From a virus, in IMG/VR virus record IMGVR_UViG_3300025913_000027, positions 19,933 to 83,932 of that record: DNA of 64,000 nt; one strand, written 5' to 3'. Each line of letters begins with the position of its first letter. Position 1 is the stretch's first letter. Positions 11,507 through 19,981 of this stretch are shown here, one piece after another. The notes under the pieces are model-generated. The model did not search any database, was not told the DNA's origin, and saw only the letters and a list, made by a program, of their open reading frames with translations. Both the position numbers and the translations under genes were made by a program.

Positions 11507-11897
11507 CGACGCGATCAAGGTCGTCCGGGACCTCCGGCGATATCGTCATCGAAACTGTCGCGTCCCGCACTCGCGGGGCGCGCTTCTCCGTAACACGCTG
11601 ATACCGAACTCGACCTCGGCCGAATTTAGGCTGGCCGTTGATGCCCAGAAGAACCCTTTTGGTAAGGTGGTTTGGGTCGAGATCACCGCGCTCCGTTCCG
11701 AACAGCGCTGCCTCTCTTTTCGGCGGCTGCTGATCCAGTTGCGACGATATCCGCTCAAGAAGTTGCCCATAGTTGTGGGCCTCCCCGGCGGCGTCTATTA
11801 TCTCTGGGATGGCAATCATCGCGCGACAGCGGCGGCGCTGCTCGGCAAGCGTCGCGTGAAGTGTCTGTGTGTTGGCGGGATCAAGGCGCAATTATGA
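11496..11897 (+). CDS. ParB/Srx-like domain protein
   Basis: LPIVV...YYLWDGNHRATAAALLG motif. Confidence 0.7.
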   Translation: MRLDDAIKVVRDLRRYRHRNCRVPHSRGALLRNTLIPNSTSAEFRLAVDAQKNPFGKVVWVEITALRSEQRCLSFRRLLIQLRRYPLKKLPIVVGLPGGVYYLWDGNHRATAAALLGKRRVKCLCVGGIKAQL

Positions 11898-12136
11898 AAA
11901 ATAGACCCGCGAAAAGATCAGCAGATAGGCGTCAGCGATATCTCGCTAGGGCGTATCTAGACCTCGGGATCGAAGAGATCGATCCGAAGCTCGCCGAGCT
12001 ATTACGAAGTAAGGCGTCAGCTCAACGGATCAGGGCGTACTTGATCAGCACGGCCAGTAGATAAATCCACGCGGCGGTCAAGGCTAGTGGGAGGATGCAA
12101 CCGACGAGGTCGTCGATCCATGTCGGCGGATCGCGA

Positions 12137-13219
12137 TCAGGCGGCGTCATCTTTCAACTCTTCGTCGAGGTCGATCCACGCCTCGCCGAGCTGCTGCTCA
12201 GTCATCCGCTTGCGAACGGCTTCGAGTGCTCGGCGCTCTAGCCGGGCAAGCTCCAGAGTGATCTCGTCGTGGATATCGAGCAACATCTCAAAATCCTGCG
12301 CTATCGTCGAATGAGAATGTTCGAACAGGTTGCGTTTCGTCACCATCCGCGAAGACCACCATGTCTCCGTCCGCCACTTCGTCTACCGCGCGGCGGTCCC
12401 AGAACCGGTGAATGAAGTCGGGCCGCCCGAATGCCCTGACGGCAGCCCAGTAGCGATCATCCTTGAACCCTACAAAATGCATCATTGATCTTCTCGCACT
12501 GCTCTTTGCATCGGGTCAGGGTCCGCGCCCAGACGATGCCATGCTCTCGGGTCAGATAGCTCCGCGTCGTGCGCGCCGTGTAGCCGAAGGTCCCGCCACG
12601 ATCATAGGCCCAGACTATATGGAAGGTCCGGTCCTCGGCCGTAGCGTGATACTCGTAGCTCGGCTTGCCATTGTGCTCGCCGTCTCGGGTTCGGGTCCAT
12701 TGCAGGGTCATGTTTGGCTCTCCGTGAAGACGTACTCAATCAGGTAGGCGATGTAGCCCGGAACGTTCTCTTGCTTGAGTTTCCGGTTGATCTCCGGCAT
12801 CGCCGGAGTTACGATCTCGGCGAGGACCCGGCGATGAAAGTTAGAGCGGTCGGTGTTCCAAATCTTGATCGCCCGCTTGATCTCGGCCGGGGTCAGGAAG
12901 TCGCGTAGCGTGATCATCAGACCGAGTTCCTTGCGTAGGCCTCCACGGGCGGCTCCCAGAAGTACGTCGCGACCGGACCCGGAGCGACAGCGCCGTCGAT
13001 CAGACGCACGCGCCACGCGGAGCAGCCCCGAGCATTGAGCTTGTCAACCCAGTTGCGGCAGAGATCGCGAGCGTGCTGCTCGCTGTCGGCATCAAGCTCG
13101 CACCATGAGCCATCGTCGCACTCGACGAACACAACGTACTCGGCCTTGCGAGCAACGCGACCCGCGTTGCGCTCGGCAGTGAGAAGGTCGTTGACGGTAG
13201 AGGCAGAGAACTTCGGCAT
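12137..13219 (-). other. Five small leftward ORFs (12137..12346, 12288..12482, 12457..12711, 12708..12917, 12917..13219)
   Basis: Coupled overlaps; divergent from the 13406 operon. Confidence 0.65.
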
Positions 13220-13405
13220 CGCTGTAGCTCCAGCCCGTGATTGGGCATGGATCGAACATACACGGCCGGACCGGGACCGCAAGCAGAAGCCTGCCATATG
13301 GTTTCCAAACTGTAAAGCCCCTTGTGCCGCAGCCGTTAGGATGGTATTAACCATTGGTTCCGGTTTGCCTTGCGTTCGGCTCCGAGGGGGCGTACATCGG
13401 AGCCT

Positions 13406-13639
13406 ATGAGCAAGCGACTGACACAGAAGGCGACGCGCGTGAAGCAAGTGCTTGACGCTGTCGGCAACAGTCATCTCGATCTAGTCCGTGGTGACGGCTA
13501 CTGGTATTTCGTCTACGACGATGTAGCGAAAGGTCGCTATGAGACGCTCAGCGTCTACACGATGCGGCTCGGCGACTTCTCTGTCGAGCAGTGGGCTGCG
13601 GACGGACGTGAGTTCTGTACGAAAATGGAGAGCAAATGA
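13406..13639 (+). CDS. Hypothetical protein
   Basis: GGAG SD, ATG 13406. Confidence 0.7.
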   Translation: MSKRLTQKATRVKQVLDAVGNSHLDLVRGDGYWYFVYDDVAKGRYETLSVYTMRLGDFSVEQWAADGREFCTKMESK

Positions 13640-13974
13640 CCCGCCCAGCGACGCAAGACGAGATATTCGATCATAACCGCGATCTCCGTAAGCATGAAGA
13701 GGTGCGCTATCCGATACAGGTGCATCTTAACGACCTTCGGCTCGCCGACGTGGTCGAGCTTTTCGAGGGGCCGTTCGGCACCGCCGTCGTGACCCAAATC
13801 GACGGGGATGAAGTGACCCTGCATCGCCCTTATGGCGTGACTGGGGACTTCTCCTACACGGGCGGCGTCCCGTACTCGGTCGGTAACGAGGTTTGCAAGT
13901 ACCTCAAGTGCGACACACGCTACACGGCGAAGTCGCACACGTTCAAGGTCTGGCAGCGAAAGGACCTCCGATGA
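13636..13974 (+). CDS. Hypothetical protein
   Basis: ATGA overlap, GGAG SD. Confidence 0.7.
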   Translation: MTRPATQDEIFDHNRDLRKHEEVRYPIQVHLNDLRLADVVELFEGPFGTAVVTQIDGDEVTLHRPYGVTGDFSYTGGVPYSVGNEVCKYLKCDTRYTAKSHTFKVWQRKDLR

Positions 13975-14282
13975 AGGGACGGCTCACAATCATCCGCTCG
14001 GACGGGACGAGGGCGGTCACCGATCTTTCGGCACCGCCAACTCTTGAGCAGCTACGCGAGGGCGTAGGTGGGCCTATAGAAGTCGTCCCGTTCTTCACGA
14101 CATTCGCTGATGCCGCGTGCGTTGCATTCTGCCACGAAGAGGGAAAGCTAGACGGCCTGCCCGTGAACCTCACTGCTCAGGCGCTTTGGGAGACAGCCGT
14201 TGGTGGACCCATACAGACTGACATTCTTGTCGGTCCGATTGTTATCGTCTCGGGCGATACTGAGCTTCTGGAGGCGCTCTGA
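13971..14282 (+). CDS. DUF3846-like protein
   Basis: LEQLREGVGGPIEVV...HEEGKLDGLPVN...DILVGPIVI pattern. Confidence 0.7.
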   Translation: MKGRLTIIRSDGTRAVTDLSAPPTLEQLREGVGGPIEVVPFFTTFADAACVAFCHEEGKLDGLPVNLTAQALWETAVGGPIQTDILVGPIVIVSGDTELLEAL

Positions 14283-14772
14283 TGAAGAAAGCTGTAATCA
14301 TCGTCTTTAATCTGGCGTTCGCAGGCTTCATGATCATGAGCGCGGCTGCGGAGTTTCGGAAGCCATCGCCTGCCTATGGCGTGAAGGCTGTCTTCGAGGT
14401 GTATCGCTGATGGCAAACGTAGTTAAGCAGGGCGTCCACAAGCGGCTGCCGCGCATTACGAATGGGCTGCTTTCGACGGGCGAGTGTCATGTGGAGGGTA
14501 CGCTTCTCTACACGGTCGGCGTATGGGGTCTCGATCCGGATCAGAAGCACATTGAGTATCAGGTGCAGTTCACGGAAGCAGAGATGGTTCGTATCTGCGG
14601 CCAGTGGCTCACGATGAAGGCGCGACGCCTATGACGAGCGATCTACCTGACATTCCTGAATACCTGAAAATCTCGCAGGAGGAACGAAAGGCCGCGTGGG
14701 AAAAATTCCGCGCGGCAAAACCGCTGCCGCCAGAGAAGAAACTCTATCGGCCGCTAACTGGAGCGATACCTG

Positions 14773-15099
14773 ATGACCCAGCAGACAGTTGACGCCGTGC
14801 TCCGCGATCTTGCGGCGCGTGGAGAACTCAATCATGTGAGCCTCATGCCATCGCAGGATGGCAAGATGTGGCGAGCATCATTCGCAATGTGTTCGAAGTT
14901 CGGTATCTCATTCGCCGAGGACGCTGACCCGGCGCAGGCTATCATCCTCGCTTGCACGACGGCGAAGCTGAAACCCCGTCCGGCGGAGAGGCGTCCGACC
15001 TCAATCGATCTCGAAGCCGAGCGCTTGCCGACCCGCGAGGGCCTGCGTGCTGCTGCGGATGCGGTCGAGGCGGCGAGTGATGTAGAAGACCTCATGTAG
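14773..15099 (+). CDS. Hypothetical protein ending DVEDLM
   Basis: Last of small-gene run 14410..15099. Confidence 0.65.
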   Translation: MTQQTVDAVLRDLAARGELNHVSLMPSQDGKMWRASFAMCSKFGISFAEDADPAQAIILACTTAKLKPRPAERRPTSIDLEAERLPTREGLRAAADAVEAASDVEDLM

Positions 15100-15102
15100 T
15101 GC

Positions 15103-15135
15103 CTAGTTGATCCAGCTCTCGGGATGCGCTAAGTT
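15103..15135 (+). promoter_or_regulatory. CTAG-class promoter (candidate late promoter)
   Basis: CTAG-TTGATC-17 nt-TAAGTT; same architecture at 18777, 27376, 31519, 34926. Confidence 0.5.
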
Positions 15136-15171
15136 TAACGCCCAATCCCGAGAGACCCGGAGGCCCCTGTC

Positions 15172-15414
15172 ATGGCCAAGCTCACTGCGAAAGCGCGCAA
15201 GAAAATCCCGTCGTCGAAGTTTGCCCTCCCGGGCAAAAAGGGTAAACCGGGTAAGTATCCCGTGCCCGACAAGGCGCATGCTGCGAACGCCAAGGCCCGC
15301 GCCAGCGAGATGGTAGCGAAGGGCAAGCTCTCTCCCGAGCAGGCTGCCAAGATCAGGCACAAGGCCGACGCCGTTCTCGGCAAGCACGACACCAATTATC
15401 ACAACAAGGGCTGA
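15172..15414 (+). CDS. Small basic protein, DUF6582-like
   Basis: LTAKARKKIPSSKFALP...YPVPDKAHAANAKAR; GGAGG SD. Confidence 0.7.
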   Translation: MAKLTAKARKKIPSSKFALPGKKGKPGKYPVPDKAHAANAKARASEMVAKGKLSPEQAAKIRHKADAVLGKHDTNYHNKG

Positions 15415-15420
15415 CATCTC

Positions 15421-15675
15421 ATGAAGGACGCCCTCGGTCATGGATCAAACGCTTTGGGGACAGCGCTGAAAGAGCGGCTCGCCGAGCAGGCTCGGATGTT
15501 CGGCGCGCAGACCCCTGTCGTATCGACAGCGCCGAAGTCCAATCCGGTCCCGGTCCATCCCGCGATGGCCCCGGTCATTCGCGCGCCCGAAGTTCGGGCA
15601 AACGATTATCGTTCGAATGGGCAAGAGGCGAACCGCAGTCTTGTGGCGAGCATTCGCAATAGGGGGCTCCGATGA
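15421..15675 (+). CDS. KDxxGHGSN-leader protein 1
   Basis: MKDALGHGSNA. Confidence 0.8.
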   Translation: MKDALGHGSNALGTALKERLAEQARMFGAQTPVVSTAPKSNPVPVHPAMAPVIRAPEVRANDYRSNGQEANRSLVASIRNRGLR

Positions 15676-16016
15676 AAGACGCAAAAGGTCACGGCAGCAA
15701 TGCAGGCGCGCACTCGGGCGGCGTCCAGAAGACCCCACAACTCCAGCGCCGCCACTTTGAGGCGATAGCCGCCGACCTGAAAGCCAAGAACGCGAGCCCA
15801 GACGAGGTTCATGCAATGGCTGACAAACTCGCGACCACCAACCCCGGCTTCCGGCGCGACTTCTTTGTCGCGGCAGCGACCGGCGGCAACTATCGGTTCA
15901 AGGGTCCGGGGGCTAAGGCCGAAGCTGTAGCGAAGAAAGCCGGGAGCTTCCAAGCCGCTGCTCGCGCGTTCTCGGACAAGACTGCAACGATGCGCGCCGA
16001 GCGCGGAAAGAAGTAG
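15672..16016 (+). CDS. KDxxGHGSN-leader protein 2
   Basis: MKDAKGHGSNAGAH; cargo RRHFEAIA...NPGFRRDFF. Confidence 0.8.
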   Translation: MKDAKGHGSNAGAHSGGVQKTPQLQRRHFEAIAADLKAKNASPDEVHAMADKLATTNPGFRRDFFVAAATGGNYRFKGPGAKAEAVAKKAGSFQAAARAFSDKTATMRAERGKK

Positions 16017-16108
16017 TAATGGTATGCGCCGCTTGGTCGATGCCCTGTTTAGGCTCGGCCTGCTGCTGGTAGCAGGGAGTATTCTGCTCGCGTTGATAGG
16101 AAGACGGT

Positions 16109-16348
16109 ATGAAGGATGCATTCGGCCACGGGAGCAATGCCAAGCTGACCCAGACGCACGGCCCCGCGTCACCGATGCCGCGCGGCCCGACCGGTAAGGG
16201 TAGCGGCGAGCACAGTTCGGGCGGCATCGCTGTCACGTCGAACGCGCAGGCGGCTCAGGCGTTGATGTCTGTGTTGAAATCTACGCAAGCCCCTATTCAT
16301 CCTGCGATGGCTTTGCGGTCGTCGCCAGACGGCGGATCAGCATCATGA
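16109..16348 (+). CDS. KDxxGHGSN-leader protein 3
   Basis: MKDAFGHGSNA. Confidence 0.8.
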   Translation: MKDAFGHGSNAKLTQTHGPASPMPRGPTGKGSGEHSSGGIAVTSNAQAAQALMSVLKSTQAPIHPAMALRSSPDGGSAS

Positions 16349-16509
16349 GCACAAAGAGGGAAGTCAATGATCAAGTCGCGCAAGCTGCACTTTGCTATGG
16401 CGGCAAGTCTTGCAAGATGCCTACGCACTCTTCAATGGCAAGCACCGAAGAGAACCCCGACGCCAGTGCGACCGACGCCGAGCCCGATAGCGAAGACTAC
16501 GAAGATTAA
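16345..16509 (+). CDS. 54-aa acidic-tailed protein carrying second shared motif (not in ORF track)
   Basis: ATGA overlap; MSTKREVNDQVAQAALCYGGKSCKMPTHSSM...EDYED*. Confidence 0.7.
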   Translation: MSTKREVNDQVAQAALCYGGKSCKMPTHSSMASTEENPDASATDAEPDSEDYED

Positions 16510-16521
16510 GGGAGTTTGATC

Positions 16522-16968
16522 ATGGCGAAAGATGCACTAGGCCACGGCAGCAATGCGCGCGGCGGTAAGAGGGCTCTCGCGAAACCTATTCCGGGTCACC
16601 CGTTCCATACGAAGTCCGACGCCGAACTTCGCTTCATCGCCAAGGATGCAGCCGAGGCCGGGCGCAACGCGCAGGAGATGGGCGATCAGCGCGGCGTCAG
16701 TAAGTACGCCGATCAAGTCGCGGACGCGGCGACTGTCATGGGTTATCGCAATCGCGGCGGCGCGCAGGACCTCGGGTCGCGGGCAGCGAGCGAGCTGGCC
16801 AGCGGCGCGAAGTCGGCGACTGTTCCGGTTCACGACAGCATGAGCACGGATGCGTTCGGCCGTCCGCGCTCCGCCGAAAACCGCGCCGAGTACGACGAAT
16901 ATAATCGTGATCTCGCTCTACGCGCTCGCAACGGACAGGTCGGAAGCGGCATGAAGTTCCGGGGCTGA
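16522..16968 (+). CDS. KDxxGHGSN-leader protein 4
   Basis: MAKDALGHGSNA; AAGGGAG SD. Confidence 0.8.
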   Translation: MAKDALGHGSNARGGKRALAKPIPGHPFHTKSDAELRFIAKDAAEAGRNAQEMGDQRGVSKYADQVADAATVMGYRNRGGAQDLGSRAASELASGAKSATVPVHDSMSTDAFGRPRSAENRAEYDEYNRDLALRARNGQVGSGMKFRG

Positions 16969-16969
16969 C

Positions 16970-17125
16970 ATGGTCGGCCAGAGAATTTCGAAGCCCGTGC
17001 AACCAATTGTTAAGATTGTTCTGCCAAACCGAGTGCGCCGAACGCCGGTCCCTGCTATCAGCCCCGAGCTGGACAAGGCGCTCGACGAATTTGTTGCGGA
17101 CAAGCCGAAGGACATCGCGAAATGA
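16970..17125 (+). CDS. 51-aa hypothetical protein (not in ORF track)
   Basis: MVGQRISKPVQPIVKIV...KDIAK*, fills gap, ATGA overlap with next gene. Confidence 0.55.
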   Translation: MVGQRISKPVQPIVKIVLPNRVRRTPVPAISPELDKALDEFVADKPKDIAK

Positions 17126-17358
17126 AAGACCCACTGGGACATGGCAGCAACGGGCGCGGGGCTTTCAAGGCCCCGAAGCACCAGTACAAGGTCGAGCGCC
17201 ACATCGCATTCCACGGCCAGACAGCGGCCGGGCAGAAGGTGACTACGTCCGGCAACGTCTGGGGCAAGGTCGGCGCGAGCACGCGTCGCGCGGTCGCAGA
17301 GAAGATCGCCCAGTTCACGCGGGTCGATGATAAAAATGCCCGAGTGAGGATCAGGTGA
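17122..17358 (+). CDS. KDxxGHGSN-leader protein 5
   Basis: MKDPLGHGSNG. Confidence 0.8.
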   Translation: MKDPLGHGSNGRGAFKAPKHQYKVERHIAFHGQTAAGQKVTTSGNVWGKVGASTRRAVAEKIAQFTRVDDKNARVRIR

Positions 17359-17684
17359 AAGACGCGAAGGGACACGGCAGCAACGCGCACAGTGACGGGG
17401 TCGAGAAAATCCCGGGTACAGCTTACGCGGTGCATCGTGACCACAACATTCAGCTAACTGCGATCAACGAAGCGCATGCGAGAGTGCTCGCCCAATTCCC
17501 TAAAGGCCCGATGGGGCTGACCCCGGACCACGTCAGGGCGACGCCGGAGTACAAGACTGCCAAAGCAAATTTCGATAGGTCCTTCGCTGCACTTCGGGAC
17601 CACAACGCATTCATGACCAAGAACTTCAAGAAAGAAATGAAGGCGGATCGCGACGCGAGACGACAGGCGAGGTTAAAGAAATGA
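17355..17684 (+). CDS. KDxxGHGSN-leader protein 6
   Basis: GTG start, KDAKGHGSNAH; cargo FPKGPMGLTPDHVRATPEY. Confidence 0.8.
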   Translation: MKDAKGHGSNAHSDGVEKIPGTAYAVHRDHNIQLTAINEAHARVLAQFPKGPMGLTPDHVRATPEYKTAKANFDRSFAALRDHNAFMTKNFKKEMKADRDARRQARLKK

Positions 17685-18133
17685 AGGACGCGAAGGGACA
17701 CGGCAGCAACGCGCACAACGCGGGCGTCGCGGCCCTCCCGAAGAGCTGGTCGGGTATCGGCTATCACGGGACTGCCTCGAAGTTCGAAGAGTTCAAGGCG
17801 GCCGAGCCTGTCACGCCAGTTGGCAAAGACCTCAAGGGTATCTACTTTTCTGGAGATGCAAGATCGGCATCGGGATACGCGGCCCGGGCGAGCAGACGCG
17901 AAGGGGCGGATCGACAGAGCGTAATCGAGGCTCAGCTCCACATGAATAATCCGCTCGACATCACGGCGGCGATCAAAAACGGACAACGTAGAGGGCTATC
18001 ATTCGGAGATGCGAAGCGGGAGGCGCTCAAAGGCGTGCAGCCGCACCACGACGGCGTCATCTTCAAGGGCAACTCGGCGAACCCGCCGGAGTACATCGTG
18101 TTTCATCCATCGCAGATAAAGAGGACGAAATGA
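17681..18133 (+). CDS. KDxxGHGSN-leader protein 7, ADP-ribosyltransferase-like (ART-PolyVal-like) cargo
   Basis: YHGT..F..F, GIYFS...A.GYA, L.MNNPL, HDGVIF, EYIVFHPSQIK. Confidence 0.75.
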   Translation: MKDAKGHGSNAHNAGVAALPKSWSGIGYHGTASKFEEFKAAEPVTPVGKDLKGIYFSGDARSASGYAARASRREGADRQSVIEAQLHMNNPLDITAAIKNGQRRGLSFGDAKREALKGVQPHHDGVIFKGNSANPPEYIVFHPSQIKRTK

Positions 18134-18579
18134 AGGACGCGAAGGGACATGGCAGCAACGCGCACAATTCCGGTATAGCGAATATCGGGAAACTTCGACT
18201 GCATCCGAACGTCATCAAAACTGTCGTCAGGAACCCCGGCGGATTTTCTGTCAAGCCGGTAAACGGTCAACAGCCCGAGAGCGGCTATATGGTTTCGATA
18301 CCCGGGCACACTCAGATCGTATCCGAGGCGGCGCTGCGCGGGCCGCAGGGTCGAGATATAATTTCGCAATACGCCAACGAGCATGCAGGCGTGCTCCGCG
18401 ATCCCAAGGCGCATATCGGCGGATGGACGGACAAGGAAAGCGGTAAGACCTACCTCGACGTGTCCCATCGGTATGATAACAAAGGCGATGCAGTGAAAGC
18501 CGGAAAGGCTCACAATCAAATCGCCATATGGGATGTGAAACATGGCGCAGAAATCCGGACGGGCGGGACAGGAGAGTAG
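18130..18579 (+). CDS. KDxxGHGSN-leader protein 8
   Basis: MKDAKGHGSNAH; cargo GYMVS...GGWTD...YLDVS...NQIAIWD. Confidence 0.8.
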   Translation: MKDAKGHGSNAHNSGIANIGKLRLHPNVIKTVVRNPGGFSVKPVNGQQPESGYMVSIPGHTQIVSEAALRGPQGRDIISQYANEHAGVLRDPKAHIGGWTDKESGKTYLDVSHRYDNKGDAVKAGKAHNQIAIWDVKHGAEIRTGGTGE

Positions 18580-18582
18580 ATC

Positions 18583-18780
18583 ATGGCGGACCCGATCACA
18601 GTTTCGGACGACGAGGCTGCGAGCGTGCTGGCCAATGGCCATCCTAAAAGCAAGCCTCCGTCCCTTCACGACGGCAATCCGTTCCCTGCGACTAGCACGG
18701 GCGTTGGCTCGGCTCCGGGCGCGAACGGCCCAGCTACGACAGGGGCGATAGGTCCCGGAGGCCCTCTAGCAAGTTGCTAG
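18583..18780 (+). CDS. Small G/P-rich protein with second shared motif
   Basis: VSDDEAASVLANGHPKSKPPSLH; GGAG SD. Confidence 0.7.
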   Translation: MADPITVSDDEAASVLANGHPKSKPPSLHDGNPFPATSTGVGSAPGANGPATTGAIGPGGPLASC

Positions 18781-18846
18781 TTGTTTGCGCGCCGTCGAGC
18801 CTGTAAGCTTGGCAGAGAAATTCCATTTTTGCGCGAGGGCCACATC

Positions 18847-19158
18847 ATGGTTGCAACTCATCCCGGCATGTCCGATCAGACCGACAGCAACATCGCTCGC
18901 GATGGTGCGGCTAAGCGGACCCAGACCAAATTTCCGGTCAAGGAGGGCATGAAGGACATGACCACCTATTCGGCCGGTCCGGCTAACCCCGGCGTAGGCC
19001 CGGACGCGTCTTCGGCCAACCCGCTTGATCCCGAGCCCAAGTCAAAGAAGTCGGGCGAGGTCAAGGCCTCGTGGGGCATGCGAGATGCAAACGGCCAATC
19101 GGTGAACGGCGAACTCGGCAAGGCAGTTCTCGCGGAGGCTGCAAATCTCGGAAGGTAA
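18847..19158 (+). CDS. Low-complexity hypothetical protein
   Basis: ATG 18847 after GAGG; CTAG-class promoter upstream. Confidence 0.7.
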   Translation: MVATHPGMSDQTDSNIARDGAAKRTQTKFPVKEGMKDMTTYSAGPANPGVGPDASSANPLDPEPKSKKSGEVKASWGMRDANGQSVNGELGKAVLAEAANLGR

Positions 19159-19300
19159 AAAGATCATGGTGTGGCTGCAAGCGATCTCATGCGTCTTCTT
19201 TGCTTTCCTTGTTGCCATGCCGATCATTGATCCCGAGATGGAGTTCAAGAAGCCCGACACGCCAGATGCGTGGACCGAGCCTCTTTAAGGGAGAAATACC

Positions 19301-19621
19301 ATGGTGAATGCAGTTGACGCTCAGAGCGCAGACGGTGAAGTTTTCATCGGTTCGCGTGAGAAGGCCAAAAACGGGTATGGGCAGAACGGCTATCATGGGC
19401 CGTCGAGCGATCTTCCCGGGCAGGCCACGCGTGCGAACCGTGACTTCGGTCTCGCCGCTGATCCGTCAGCGAGTGCAGGCGACTGGCAGACCCGCAAGGT
19501 CTCGAAGGACGCCTACCCGACCACGTTCGGGATGAAGGCTCCCGGCGAACCCGCCAAAGTCCCTGACGCCAACATCCGGCGCGCGTCCAAGCAGGCCGCG
19601 CCCGGGTCATTCCAGCGCTAA
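19301..19621 (+). CDS. Low-complexity hypothetical protein
   Basis: AAGGGAG SD, 106 aa. Confidence 0.7.
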   Translation: MVNAVDAQSADGEVFIGSREKAKNGYGQNGYHGPSSDLPGQATRANRDFGLAADPSASAGDWQTRKVSKDAYPTTFGMKAPGEPAKVPDANIRRASKQAAPGSFQR

Positions 19622-19633
19622 AAGGAGACCGCA

Positions 19634-19981
19634 GTGTTGAAACTCGCATCGGCCGCTCTGGCGGCATTGCTCGTTCTGTCCCCCGCACTCGCCTCGACCA
19701 AAAAGCACTCGGCTGCCCCCGCGAAGACATGCACCACTCTTGATGCCCTCTCCGTCAAGCTCGAAGGCGTCCCGCTCTCTGTCAAGCTCGAAGGCGAGAA
19801 GCTCGGCGCGTTCCGGGAGAAGGTTCAAGGCCTCCCGGAGACAGTCGATCTTATCGCGGTCTTTGGTAAGAAGGGGAGCGGAAATTTCTTTGCCGTGTTC
19901 TTCGCCAAGGGGTGTGCGGTAGGCTGGGGCGCGGTCCCGGCCGCACTCATTGAGAAGCCCGCTGACGATGGGTCCATCTGA
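19634..19981 (+). CDS. Exported/periplasmic protein with signal peptide
   Basis: MLKLASAALAALLVLSPALA signal; AAGGAG SD. Confidence 0.7.
   Translation: MLKLASAALAALLVLSPALASTKKHSAAPAKTCTTLDALSVKLEGVPLSVKLEGEKLGAFREKVQGLPETVDLIAVFGKKGSGNFFAVFFAKGCAVGWGAVPAALIEKPADDGSI

Noticed and set aside
15421-18170. Repeated ~30-bp sequences as a CRISPR array or integron attC sites
   Set aside because: Repeats are in-frame gene starts varying at third codon positions, spacing is gene-sized and irregular, and there is no palindrome, cas gene or integrase
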